The notes under the pieces were generated by a model. It worked only from the letters and a program-made list of their open reading frames with translations, ran no database searches and was not told the origin of the DNA. 64,000 nt of DNA, from the NCBI GenBank assembly GCA_965178125.1, contig OZ237750.1:992001-1056000 (forward strand). Reading direction: 5' to 3'. Positions 1 through 12,737 of this stretch are shown here, in pieces. This DNA is from Bilabrum cf. latius (lineage: Eukaryota). Numbering within the stretch: the stretch's first letter is position 1; the number at the start of each line of letters is the position of its first letter. The translations under genes and the position numbers were made by a program.

Positions 1-53
1 TTGCATTCACGAAATACAGGTCTGAATTCCGAAGCAATAGCAGACCCACGGCT

Positions 54-3000
54 ATGGTAGAAAGTGTCAGGTATGACTCGATTTTCGACAGCGGCGTTCC
101 GGCGGCGTTTCGAGCGACAGTCTCGCTTGAAATCATCAGCGACGTCATGCTGTTTGCTGCATACGCTGCAATTTCTGTGCAGCTCTTTCTGCATTCAAGG
201 GCCGCCCTGAAAATGATAAAGTCGGTAGATACGAATGGACCAATTGCCCAGGGGAGCCTTCTGTTTCAACTATTCGTTGGAGCGTGCGGGATGACACACC
301 TGGGGATGGGCCTCTCGAATGCCGTTTTGCACACGTCGGCGATCATGCAGGCCGTCAACATGGTGTTGAAGTTCATCTGCGCATGCATTAGCTGCTATAC
401 AGCTGCTGTTCTCACCCCCACCCTGAAGCTCGCGGTAGAAGCGCTTTCCAAAGAGCACAAGAGAGTGATTCAGCTGCAAGAGCGCAGCGAGGAGGCGCAC
501 ATTGGGGTGAGCGTGCTTTCCTTCCTCAATGCGCACAGGCGCAATACAAGATAGGTAACATGCTTGTTTCCATGTGGCTTTATTTCGTTTCCCGCAGTCA
601 GAGCAACTTCGATACGTGTAGGACGAGATTCGGCACCAGGCCGACCAGGTTTCTACGTCAGCGGATATCGTACAGGTGCTTCACGCCGCTACTGCAAGTC
701 TGACCAGGCTATCACCGTATGTTGAAGCAGCAGTCGTGATTCCAGCACTACCCAGGTTCAAGCAGACCCAAAGTCGCAGCGGCACCACGGACAAGCAGTC
801 AGACACCGCTCCGCAAGACGAGATCGACCCTACCCGCAGCTCGGGGGATCCCACCACGCCAAGCAATGGGCGCGGGTCCAGTGCTGGATTAAGGTACGCG
901 TCAATCTCACCAAGGGGGTCGGAAATGAAGAACGAAGCGAGCGCCTCCGTGTTTCTGGTGGCTGCGCATGTGCAGGCAGGGGTGTTCGAATCGATCGGAT
1001 CGCAAGAAGACGATTTCAGCGCCAGCTCGCCAAACGACTCCGCACCGAATGCTGGCGCAAGTGCACCAAGGAGTGCAGCAAGATCGACTCAGATCCTGCC
1101 CTCACCGGTCCCGTCGGGGCTTCCGGCCCGCGGTGCAGCTGTCCAACAGGGAGCCGCGGCTCCCCTAGTGCCGACCCAATCGGGCCGGAAGGGCAAGCAA
1201 ATGACCCTGACCACGGTTTCGAAGACAAACTCAAGATCAATCAGCAGAAACATGGGGCAGAAGAGCGTGATCGACAACACATCGGCCGGGCAGAGCAACG
1301 GGGCGGTCATCCAGTCGGTGTTCGGCCGCATGGACAGCCCGCTCTCGGGCCAGGCGCAGCTCGCCCTCAGCAAGCTCATCAAGAGGGACGAGCTGGTCCT
1401 CGTGCCGCCCGACCTCGAGGCACGGCTGCTGGGCCAGCTGGTCGCGGCTGGGGCGGCGGGCCCTCTCTTTGCCATGCGACTGTCGTTCCCCAAGCGGGTC
1501 ACGGCCGCTCTGGTGGGCAAGGGCCAGAAAGCCGTCAAGGATTCGGCGCTGTACGGCGGCGTCGCGAAGAGGAGCACCAGCACTACCAGCGACGACGACG
1601 GATAGAGCGTTTCAATGGAGCCCGCTGCAGGGGAGGCAGGGACTGGCGCCGAAAACACCAGCCGGATGACAATCGAGCAGCGGCTGGAGCGCCGCAGGAA
1701 GCGCCTGTTGCTGCGGCCCACATCGCTCGTGCTCGACAAGACTCTCTCCAACGCGATGCAGACGGCCCTGTCCAAAGTCAAGGGGAGAGACGTTGCCGTG
1801 CATGACGAAGGGGACGGGGAGGAAGACGACGGCAGCGTCCTGTTCGGAAAGGATGGCTCAAGCAACCTGGAGGCCCATGAACCCATGACGGGCTTGTCCA
1901 CAGAGGAGCGCAAGCCCACTGCCTCTGGCGAGCACGGGTCCAGCAGCGGCGACAGTGGGATCCGCAGGCCACGCAAATCGCAAGAGTCAGCCGTGGGCAT
2001 CGTCCTGGTGCGAATCCGCCAGGACATCTACGACAAGGCCAACAGGCAGTCCTAGATTCATGGCATGCCCCGCTTCATGCGCAGCATGCTCGAGCGAGTC
2101 AGGGCGCAGCTCGAGCTGTCTGTTCTGCAGAGCGACGCAGCGGTGGCAGAGAGACAGTTCCTAAAGCGGACAGCCAAGCTAGAGCGCAAGCGCAGGGAGG
2201 CCTCGCAGACCTTCCTCGCCATGATGAGCCGTGAGTCTTGCCGCTCGCTTTTGGCGCTGTTTCCTTCAAGGGTTTGCGTGTAGGCCAACATCTCGCATTG
2301 TTTCATCTACTTATGATTCTGGCTTTCTCTCGCAGACGAGCTCCGGACTCCATTGCACGCCGTCCTGGGGTACAGCGAGCTGCTGCAGGCCAGCGAGACC
2401 CAGCTGCAGGACGAGGACCTCGAGTTCCTGGGCACCATCAAGGCCAACGGGCAGCAGCTGCTGAGTCTCATCAACGACCTGCTGGACCTGACCAAGGTGG
2501 ACTTGGGCATGCTCGAGCTGGAGCACAGGCCCCTCGATATCCAGGCCGTGGCGGAAGACTGCGTGCACATCGCCGCAGGACGGCTCCAGAACAAAGACAA
2601 GCCGCTCGTGGCGCCCTACCTGCACTGCATTGTGGACCATGACGTGCCCAGGCTCGTATACGGGGATGTAGCACGCATTCGGCAAGTGCTCGTGAAGTGA
2701 GTTTTAGTGCAACGACGTGCCTGGCTGTCCAGACTGCCCATTTGCTGTCTCACTAGCCTACCGCTTCTAGCCATCCCTTGACCATTCTCTCCCAATCGTT
2801 GCAGCTGCCTCGGCAACTCTGCCAAATTCTGCGAGACGGGGCACATCTCGCTGCGGGTGCGCAGGCTTGGTCTTGAGGTCCTCCAGGAGTACGTCGGCAT
2901 CTTCGACAGCACGATATCGGGGTCTCCGCATGCCGCGGCAAGGAGCGGCTCCAGGTCCCCAGAGTCCCCTGCACTTGCATCTTCGCTGGGTGACACCGAC

Positions 3001-5256
3001 CCGCTTCCGATGCTGCACAGCACCGGAAAGCTAGCTCAAGCGCTCTAGCCCGACTCCAAGCCTGGTCAACCGCCCAGCCAGACCGGCGACCGCGAGAGCA
3101 GAGGAACCGTGGCCCGATTTCGGAAGGCCTTCGCTGGAATGCTTCGCAACGTGCCAGGCAGCAAAGACGCTGACGCCACTGGGATGCGTCGCCGAGAAGC
3201 CGCCCCGCTATTGCTCGAAATCAGCGACAGCGGGATCGGAATCGCAGCCGAGACCGCAGACAAGCTCTTCCAGCCGTTTGTGCAGGCGGACACGAGCACC
3301 ACCCGCAAGTACGGCGGCACTGGGCTGGGCCTCCCCGTGGTGGCCAAGCTGGTCAAGATCATGAAGGGGTCCCTCTGGCTGCTGGCCAGGCCCGGTCAGG
3401 GCACCACCTTCCTCCTGGCCATACCGTGCGTGGCTGCCGAGCCCGACGCTAGCTTGGCGGCCGGCGGGATGGCTCCCCGTCGGAGGTCCAAGCCGCCGGT
3501 GTTTGCGCGCCCGCTCGGCAGCATGCACGGGGCCGCCACGAGCAGGGGCAGCAACGCCACCATGAGCAGGCAAGGATCGGGGGCCTCGGGCTCCACCGGT
3601 CCGCGCCTGTCGGCGGGCGCCAAGGCTGCGATCGGCCTGCGGCCCGATTCCCCTTCCGAGACGGGAGGGAGCCACGAAGACCTGAGCAGCAACGGGTCGG
3701 TGCTAGGGGGACTGGCCGGAGCAGGCGGCAGGGGATCTCGCACGCAGCCCAAGCACTTTTACTCGCGGACGGAGAGCCTGGCGTCCATCAACGAGGTGGA
3801 AGAGCAGCCGCATGCCATCGTGGTGGCTGATGACAGCCTCACCGCTGCGGCCTATGCGAACACGCTGGCATCAGCCGGCGCCACGCTGATCGCTACGAGC
3901 ACCGTGTCGAGCGAGCAGATGAATCTGGATCTCCGCAAGCTGGCCGCGTGTGGGTGCGGCGCCTTCGCCACGGGCGAGTCTCAGAGGCACGGGGCCTCGG
4001 CCTCTCCCCGGCTCTCCTCTCTGCTGGTGCAGCTGCAGGCCCTGGACGCGCAGGACCTGCAGCGGGCCCGTCTGGACTCGACGGTCGAGAGGAGTGATGA
4101 CCTGCCGCCGCTCGCGTCCATCTTTGTGGCGGTGGATGCGCGAGTGGCGCTGCGGGATGAGACGGAGGCCTTTGCCCTGCAGGAGATCGCGTAGCGGTGC
4201 CGGGTGGTGCTGGTCTCTCCCCCGGGTGTGTCGAGCATGTCGAGCCAGCTGGGCCTGAGCAGAGCCACGCTTGAGGCCATCGTGACGGCGCCTCTCCGAG
4301 GGGAGCGCATGACTTCCATCCTCAACCGGCCGGAGCAGCCAAAGGCGGGCCGGCCCGCGCCTCGTGTCAGCTCAGCCGAGGGGCCCGTCCCGGTCCAGCT
4401 GCTGTCATCAGCCAGCCCAGTGGTTCCGGAGGCGGCGCCGAGCCCTAACGCAGGGGCTTCCGGGAAGAAGCGCCGACGCGTCGTCAAGAAGAGGAAGAAG
4501 ATGCAGCGCGAACAGGAACAGGGCCACGCACAAGAACCGTTCACTGTTGCAGAGGTGCCTCAGCAGCACGGAGCTGCAAGCCTATCTGGTCAGGTTGAAG
4601 ACGATAGGTAGGCAGGCGAGCAGAGACACTCGCGGGATTCCTCCTAGCCGAGGTCGAGCCAGTCCCGGCACAGCCTGCAGGACGGCATGGAGCCGCGAGC
4701 GGAGCCGGAGCCGGAGGATGGCGGTATGTCGGTGTCGGCGAGGCGGCGCAGCATGCTGCAGTCCTTGTCGCGCAAGGAGTCTCGGGGTACGATAAGCAGC
4801 CTGTCCTCGAGCATGGAGGAGTTGGACTACTCGAGCATACGCGTGCTCGTGGCGGAAGACAATCCCGTCAACATGCGGCTGGCCACGACCTTCCTTCGGC
4901 GGCTGGGCGTCCAGGTGATCGACAAGGCAGAGGACGGCAACATGGCGGTGTAGCGCATGCAGGAGTCCTAGTACGACCTGTGCTTCATGGACATCCACAT
5001 GCCGCACTGCGACGGCATCGAGGCGGCCAGGCGGGCGCAGGACCCCAAGGTGGTGCCCCCAGCCAACCTCCCTCGGATCGTGGCCATGACGGCCTCTGTG
5101 CAGGAGAAGGACGTGCGCGATTCGAGGAGGGCAGGGATGCAGGGCTACATCACCAAGCCGGCATCCGTCGCGGATTTCGACGGGGTGCTGAGGCCCCTGG
5201 TGGCGGCCAGGATGAGGTCAATCCGGATGCACTCCGGGGAGCACTCCCGCACGTGA
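54..5256 (+). CDS. Ethylene-receptor-like hybrid histidine kinase (3-TM ethylene-binding-like domain, HisKA, HATPase_c, receiver); 4 exons, TAG read as Gln
   Basis: N-terminal ISDVMLFAAYAAIS / FVGACGMTHL / LKFICACISCYTA resembles the ETR1 TM1-3. GT-AG introns 507-597, 2231-2335 and 2697-2804 rebuild the H-box MMSHELRTPLHAVLG and the N-box RQVLVNCLGNSAKF. G-boxes DSGIGI and YGGTGLGL; receiver VLVAEDN..FMDIHMP..MTA..TKP. In-frame TAG at 619, 1603, 2053, 3046, 4192, 4609, 4645, 4951, 4969; ends TGA. Confidence 0.9.
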
Positions 5257-5394
5257 GGCAGGCAGGGTGGGATAGGGAGGAGAACTGTTGTACGGGACAG
5301 GGCTCCTTAATGCATGTAGAGTGATCATGCCACAAAGATAGTATTGCAACTGAAGTACAAGCGTGGGGGCGGGCTGCGTCGCGTCAATCGCAGT

Positions 5395-7254
5395 TCAACT
5401 TCCGGCTCCCCCGCCGGCTGCAGTCGCTGCGCCCCCAGTCGCCGCTCCTGGCGACGCACCAGCCCCACGTGCCCCTGAACCGCCGCTCGGACGCACCAGG
5501 AAGCTCGCATCCTCGTCAAAGACCAGGTCGGCCCCTTCATCGTCCTTCTTTCCCTTGTAGGACCAGTCTCCCACGCTGCGCACGTCTGGTCCCACGGCAG
5601 GTGACTCGGGCCCCCGTACGGCCATCATCACGTCGAAACCGGCTGCGCCCTTGCCCAGCCCGCCAGCGGCAGCGCCCCCCCCCTCTGCTTCCTCCTCGTC
5701 CGAGCTGTCTCCCAGCCCGATGAGGTCTAGTGCATCCGCCACGTCCTCCCTCTCTCTGATCTTCTCCTGCTTGCGGGCCCACGCCTTCTCCAGGCCCTTG
5801 GTCTCCACGGGCCACCGGCGGTGCAGCAGCCTGGCGCCGCAGCCCTCCCGCGGACACATGCTGGGCCAGGGCGGCCTCCTCATCATCTCGTCCAGGGGGG
5901 CCAGGTGGAACCAGTGCCCGCAGAAGGCCCGCACTGGCAGCCTGGGAGATTCCTTCTTGGCCCCTGCAGTGGACATGACCTTGGACAGGGCGGGGGGAGA
6001 CCGGGGAATCAGACGGCGATGAGACAGGCAGCAGCGGGCCCGGGGGAGGTAGAGCGCGAATCTGCACGCGAGCACGTACGCTGCCACCCATAGGCTGGGC
6101 CTTGCTCTGCTCAGGGGGGCATCCACTCGATCCATGGCAGCTTCCGCCGCTCGTAGGGCAGCGCTGTCCTCGTCCTCCTCACCATCCGATGCATCCGAGT
6201 CACCATTAGGGGCAGCACGGCCTGCGGCTGACTTGGTCCCTGCCCCGCCTGCAGCGGCAGATGGCACCTGTCCCGCCGCCGCCACTGCAGCTGCCACGGC
6301 GCCCGCCTCCTCCACGGCCTTCTTCCGCAGCTCCGCTTCCGCAGCTGCGAGGGCAGCTTCCTCCCGCGCCAGCTCCCGCTTGATGGCCCGTTTGAGCTCC
6401 TTGCGGGCCGCCTTTCGCTCTGCGGCGGAGTTGGCGTGCCGGCGGGCATCGCCGTGCTGCCGCTTGTCGTTGATGGCGTGCAGCTCCTTGGTGCGCCGGT
6501 AAAACGCCAGGTCGCTCTTGAGACCGCGCAGCGATTCGGCCGTGACCTTGGCCACTGCCGCCTCCGCGTCCTCGCGCTTGATCTTGCCAGGCAGGCGAAC
6601 GGGGTTGCTCGCTCCCATGGCCACGTCGGGCTCGACACCCGCTGCGCATCTCCGGCAAGCGTCGTTTGCTTGCGAGACGAACGGCTACACGAGCTCCTTT
6701 GGGAAGTTTGTGGTTTTAGATGCCACCTTGATCCCTACCGGGACGTCAGGGTAGGCATCGGGAACCGATAGAGTGACGGAGAGGGCGTACTCGCCGCACT
6801 TCAGAGCGAGCCGGATTGAGCCAGACTTTTCAGAGGCCTTTATCTCGGATGGCGGACTTGCTTTCACCAATGCTTTGACCATTTTCACTTCTGGATAGCA
6901 GTATAGAAGCCTGGATTTGCTCGCTTCCAGAAGAAACGAAAATGAGGCGGCTCCTTGCGGAAGCGAGCCAACACTCGCTTTCTTGGCAGCTGCTTCGCAG
7001 CCAGCCATAAGTTTCCTGACAAGCTCAGGAGCGAGCTGGGGCGCTTCAACTTCACATGATACCCTGGTTGACTTGTCGGTGCCGAACGATGGCGGATATG
7101 TCAGCTTCAGTTGCGTGCGTTGCCACGCAGTCCGCCCCACGACGAGCCTTAGCCCGCTCGATGTCACAGTCCGCACTGCACCAGGCGGAGCAGCATCCCG
7201 TAGTGCAGTAACCTCACGGTTGAACAATTTCACATACTCCGGGGTCTTCTCCAT
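5395..7254 (-). CDS. RWD-like domain protein with C-terminal degenerate RING-like motif (putative E3-ligase-related)
   Basis: ORFs 6685-7329 and 5395-6624 are in the same frame and join across TAG 6685. LTYPPSF and SVPDAYPDVP are RWD-like YP motifs; FCGHWFH...CPREGC is RING-like. ATG 7254, TGA 5395. Confidence 0.6.
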
Positions 7255-7420
7255 GCCCCTATGCTGTGTCGGTTCAGCCCGAAAGGCGAACGCTGTTTGG
7301 CTCCGAGTGGATCTCGACCCTTTGGCCAAGTTTGCGCCACAAACGCAGGCAGTTGCAAGTGGGGTGCAGCGGTGTTTTTGTCTACGCGCGCGCAGTCCGT
7401 GCCATCTCCCTCGCCCCTCC

Positions 7421-9568
7421 TCATTGTCCCTTCTTCACCCTCACGAGCCGCACTGCCGCGTTGGGGACCAGCCCCGCCTCCTCGAGCGTCTCGTCGTCGT
7501 CCTGGTAGGCCCGGTTCGGATACGCGGTCCGGATCTGGTACGGCTCGTCCTTTTGCCGGTACTGGTCGATGGCCCGCCGCAGGTCGCCCACGGTATCGGT
7601 GAAGAAGAGCTTCACCAGGATCTTCTGCCTCCCAGAGTCGCTCTTCACCTGCAGCGTTGACACGTCCGGCGGGCACAGGCTGCTACCGCTGCCGCTCTCG
7701 CTCTCCTCCTCTGCGCCAGTCCCCTGTCTCCTATAGCCGCCTTCTGACTGCATGTGCATGGCCCTGGCCGTGGAGGACTCGCCCGAGACCTGCACCTCCT
7801 CCTTCCCCCTCGCGCTCTGCGGCCGGAAAGTCATGCCCAGGGGGTCAGCAGTGCCCCTCTCCGATGCTGCTCGTGTCCCATCGCTCGCACCCCCCTTGCT
7901 GCCCCTGCCCCCCTCCCTGTTCCCCCGCAGGCTCCTCATGGCCCGCGTGTCGGCCAGGATCACGCCGCCGCCGTCCTGACGGCCCCAAGACCCCCCTCCA
8001 CTCTGGCTGGCACTCGCAACATCGCCCGCCCTGCTTGTTCCCTGAATTGCGCTTTTTCCACCCCTGGCCATGGCATCTGCCACGCCGTCCCGAATGGACA
8101 CGACCCGTCCGCCACTCACAGCTCGCTCCGACAGCCGCCCTAGCAACCGGTCGCGAGGCAGGGGCAGCGGCATCTCGTCGCTGCCCCCCAGCCCGGCAAG
8201 CTTGCCCAGCGCGCCCCCCAGCCCGGCGCCCGCCCTCGCGCGGCTGTCGCTGGGACCTGACCGTGAGGGCTTCTGCAGCCTGGGTCCCGGGGGTGGTCGG
8301 CCCCCCGCACCGGATGCCACTCCGGCCTCTCCGCTGGCTGCAATTGCACCTGCATGCACTGCACCTGCACCGATGCCTCCCCCGCTGGACGACTTGGCCC
8401 CGCCCACGCGCGCGCCCGGCCCCGCGAACGGATCTCTCCCCCCTCCAGCGCCTGTCTGCTTCTTCTTCCCATCCTTGCCACCACCGCCTTGTTCCTTACC
8501 GGCCCCCGCCCCAGCCCCAGCCCCAGCGCTTGCCGCCTCCTCCATGGTCCTGCCCTTGGGTCGGCCCGCCCTCACCCACTCGTCATACCTCAGGTCCGAG
8601 TGGTCCGCCATCTGCAGCACCACACCCCCGGGGTGCTCCTGCTTGAACTCGGCGGGAAAGTACCCGTCCAGCACGTCCGCCAGGAACGCCTGGTTTGCGC
8701 GAAGCTCGGCCGCGGTCGGCTGCTGGCTCTGGCTCTGGCTCGCGGTGCCGCCGGCGACAGCACCCTCGGGGCCCTCCCCCCGGGCCCAGAGCGCCCTGAA
8801 CGGGCCCCGCCACAGGAGGAAGCCATCCCGGAATAGCGCGAAGGGGACGCGGGGGGCCTCTGCCAGCCGGGCAGCGCCGGCGGAGTCCTTTACGATGCGC
8901 TTGGACCCTTCGCCCGCCCTCCTGTTTAGCGCTTCCACGCGCTGCCAAAGAACGAGAGCGTCCCGGGCGGGCTGGAAGCCAGCGTACCTGGTTCCGTCGG
9001 TGGCCTCGTCGAGTGCACCGGCCTGGGAATCGCTTGTGTCGTCGTCCCCAACCCATACCAGGCCATAGTCTGACAAAAAAGTCTCCATGTCGAACACTTG
9101 TGCTCGAAGTCGCTCATTCTCGTCCCTGAATGCTTCCATTTCTTCAGCAAGCTGCTAGTTGCCGGAAGAAGCAGCAGCACGCTCCGCTGCGTCAAGCCGC
9201 GCTCGCAGTCTTATGCACTCCTTCTCCTTAGACACCAATGCATCTCTCAATTGTCTGCGGCTGTTCTCGAGAGTGCGCAGTCTCGCTGTCATCATGGTCA
9301 GGAGGTCCTCGCCCCTGCTATCTGCTGTGCTACAACTGCTGGGCACCTGCGGAACGTCGGGTTCGGCAGGAGGTGCAGGCCTAGCCTTCGATTGGTCTCT
9401 ATCTGCTCCAACTGGGCCGGGACTCTGTTCGCCGGGACGCGTCCTAGCCCTGCGCAAAGGCAGCCGATCGTGACGTTTCGCAATCGATCCAAGCTTTCTC
9501 GAGCTCCCGGATCCGAACGCCCGACTGAACATGTCCCGCTCCGACTGAAATGGATCTGCAGAACTCAT
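7421..9568 (-). CDS. UBXN11: UBX domain-containing protein 11-like (coiled coil, SEP, C-terminal UBX)
   Basis: Motif QVFDMETFLSDYGLVWVG; SEP-like LFRDGF..GPFR..FLADVLDGYFPAEF; UBX TVGDLR..RTAYPNRAY..TLEEAGLVPNA. Joined across TAG 9155; ends TGA. Confidence 0.85.
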
Positions 9569-9747
9569 GGGCGGCTACCAAGCGGGTAAATATGCGCTGC
9601 AAAGAGTCTGAACCTGCGACCTTCGTCAACTGCTCGCAACGCGGCGCCGCGCATCGCGAACGATCCACGGTTCCGCAAGAACTGCGGAGGGATGATAGGT
9701 CTGAATACGATCTCTTGGGTGATTGCGGCGACCGGAGCTATCAACAA
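9569..9747. promoter_or_regulatory. Putative short bidirectional promoter (UBXN11 / RhoGDI)
   Basis: Divergent starts about 180 bp apart. Similar arrangements at 41592-41711 and 63145-63312. No motif identified. Confidence 0.45.
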
Positions 9748-10620
9748 ATGGCGGGCGTTGCTGGCGATGATGCTGGCCCATCCCCTGTGTCGAGGCAGGA
9801 GAGTGAAAATGCCGACCTATAGAATTATGCAACTGGCGACGGAATCAAAGTGACCAAGGTAGAATCCATCATGGAAAAAGACAAGGAGGACGAGTCGTTG
9901 CAACGCTACAAAAAAGCGCTGCTCGGAGGGGCAGACGCTGCCGGCGCTTCGGAGGGCGCCGATAAGCGAGCTGTGATAATCGACGCTTTGATCTTGCACC
10001 ACCCGAACGAACCGGGAGGCAGAAACATTATGATTCCCCTATCGACAGAGGCTGATGTCGAAGCAGCCAAGAAGATGAATCCAGTCGTGAGGGAGGGGGC
10101 AGCGTACACGTACGAAGTTCGATTTAGAATCCACCGTGGGATCGTGTCCGGGCTGCAGCTCTCAAACAAGGTATATGGCAGCCTCGGTGTTGAGCTTGAC
10201 AGGGATGAAGTCGTCTTGGGATCGTTCGCTCCCAAAGTAGCCAAGGCTGCGGGGAAGGATGCGAAGGCTCCTTCGGGTGACGGGGCGGCGAAAGAGCCAG
10301 AGGGCGAGGGGAGTGGCAGCGCGGCGGCTGCACCGGCTCCGGCTCCGACCACCGTGGGCGGCGGGAAGATGCTCCCAGGGCTCCCTGCGCCCCGGGAGGA
10401 CTAGTACGTGTTCCGAGACGGCTCCATCGACGAGTACCCCACGGGCATGATGGCACGCGGGCAGTACCGGGCCCGGTGCAAGGTGAAGGACGACGATGGC
10501 AACGTGCACTTGCGGTTCGAGTACAGCTTCACGATCGCCAGCGAGTGGCCAAAGGAGGAGGAGGGGAAGGGGGGGAGCGAGGCCGCAGGAGGGGGGTCGG
10601 GAAGTGGAGGAGGTTCGTGA
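9748..10620 (+). CDS. Rho GDP-dissociation inhibitor
   Basis: DKEDESLQRYKKALLG, IVSGL, LGSFAP and EYPTGMMARGQY are RhoGDI motifs. In-frame TAG at 9820 and 10402; ends TGA. Confidence 0.9.
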
Positions 10621-11154
10621 GGTTGCAAGCTGCTCAATTCTGTGACTTCAAGGGCAATGGCTGGCCTGAGTTGGAGTTGGGGGTCTGCCGGTTAGCTCAA
10701 TAACAAACTAACGTCGTGAAACTCATGCACTACACATCTGTGTCATCACCATGCTCGCATCATGATGTCTTCATCACACGCATCATCACAATGCAACGCC
10801 GCAGCAAGCGATGTCCTCGGCATAGGACCAGACTGTGCAGCTTTCGGTTGGCTGCAGAGGGTGCAAATTGCAATTTAATAACTCTCTTCCTCTCATGGGA
10901 AGCTGTTTTTCCGTTTCTGGATCGTCTGGCAGTGTCAGGCATGTCGAGCATTCTCCACAAATCGTAAGTCGAAGTGCTCTGGGGTCCCGCAAAGCACCAA
11001 GAATAAGAACGGTTGCAAGATTGAGTGAAAACAGGTTTTAAATCGCGATAAATTGCTTGGGATTATTGATTGCCCCGTGATGCCCGCCGGCGGGAACTCA
11101 GCTCGCCATCACATCAGTGTTGTAGAGCGAGCACCATCCCATCTTGTGTGAGCT

Positions 11155-12585
11155 ATGTATCCAACTCCGCAGGTTTTGTCTACTTCAAGCAGAATATCAT
11201 GTAGTGAAGTGGTGTATCGTGAGGGCAAATGCGTGCCAAATTGTGTGTGCAAAAGCAGAAAAGATATTCCATCAAGGTCAAGTAGTAAGCGGATGAAGGG
11301 TCCTGTGGGAGACGTAGCGCGCGTAGTACCCCAAGTTGCATCAGCTGACATCAACACTGCCAGCAGTGCCGGCGACAGCAATCGTCTTGACGCCGAAACG
11401 AGCCCAGGTCAGCTCACAGGGCCGAGTCCGCCTTTACCTCCGAATGACTTTCAAACATCTACCGCAAAGAAGCTCATCACCACCAGCAGCAGAGGCAGCA
11501 TAAGCAACAGCAGCCAGGCTCGCCCCATCCGGCACCAGACCACGAAGGAGCTCTTACCGGTCACGGTGCCGTCTTCATATCATAGCAATTCGTGCAGCGG
11601 ATACTCAAGCACAGGGGTGCATCGATGCACGGAAGGAGACGCGGACCGCTGGGCCCAGTAGCTGTGGGAAGACGTCGACGAGGGCAGCGGGTAGTCCGGC
11701 AGCCCCTCCACCCCACAGAGTGCCTCTGCCTCTGTCAAGCAGAGAGCCCGCGTGCAGGCACTGGTGGAGCACGTGTGGGCTGCTTCTGAAGGCCCCCTGC
11801 AGTTGCCTGAGCTAAAGCGGTACCTGCCGCCAGGTCACCCAGTCCGGGACATAACGGGCGGATCGCGTGAGAGCGCGCCGGTGGGTGGAGATGCCAGCCG
11901 TGCGAGCGAAGCTGAAGCGGGGGGCGGGGGAGCCACTGACGGTGGAGGAGACTTAGGTGGGGAGTTGGCAGGGGAGGTCGATGGCCTGGGGCCGCACTAT
12001 CCATTCGGTCCTCTGGAAGCGAGGCAAAGGGAGTGCAGCAAGTCGGCCGCCACGGAGGCGCGCCCTGATCAGGGGGACGGGGGTGGTGCTATTTCTGGCC
12101 GATCCCATGATTATGTAGATGGCAGGGGCGAGCGCGGCGATAGTGGCCGAATCCTCGCTGCAGCAAGCGAGCAGACAGCTGGAATCAGGAAAGAGAGCCA
12201 GCGTGCAGTCGGCGGGAACAGCAAAAATGAACCGGATGCCTAGTCGGTCGGCCCTGTCGCGCCCCGGGCCAAGCAGGCATGGGCTCGGCTGGAGGCGGCC
12301 CAGGGAGGGGTGCAGCCGGCGGTGGACGCGGGGTCGATCGCGGGGTCGATCGGGGGCGGCAGCTCGATAATGTTCGGGACGGGCAGCACGGCGGGCAGCA
12401 TAGTAGTGCCAAGCTCGATCAGCCGCGGGATCACCCCAGGCGCCCTGGCCAGCATGGAGGCCTTCGTGCGGCGCGAGAGGGAGAGGGAGAGGGAGCTCGA
12501 GGCCGAGGACGGGCCCGGAGACGAGAGCCAGGGCGGATAGGCGGAAGAGGAAAGCTACGGGAGTGAGGGGGGATACGATGTTTGA
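11155..12585 (+). CDS. Hypothetical low-complexity protein (5' end uncertain)
   Basis: One frame is open across TAG 11659, 11692, 12241 and 12538 to TGA 12583-12585. No recognisable domain. Confidence 0.5.
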
Positions 12586-12737
12586 TCGTGAAAGGCGGTC
12601 AAGTCAATGAAGCCTAGGAATGCAATTCGCGGAAGCTTCCGCGGACAGTTCCCCGAGGTAGGACCGAAGCGGCGATCGGAGCAGGATTCGACCCGCAAGC
12701 CTCACACCCAGCTCAAGCCAGACCACTTGAGCGCGAC

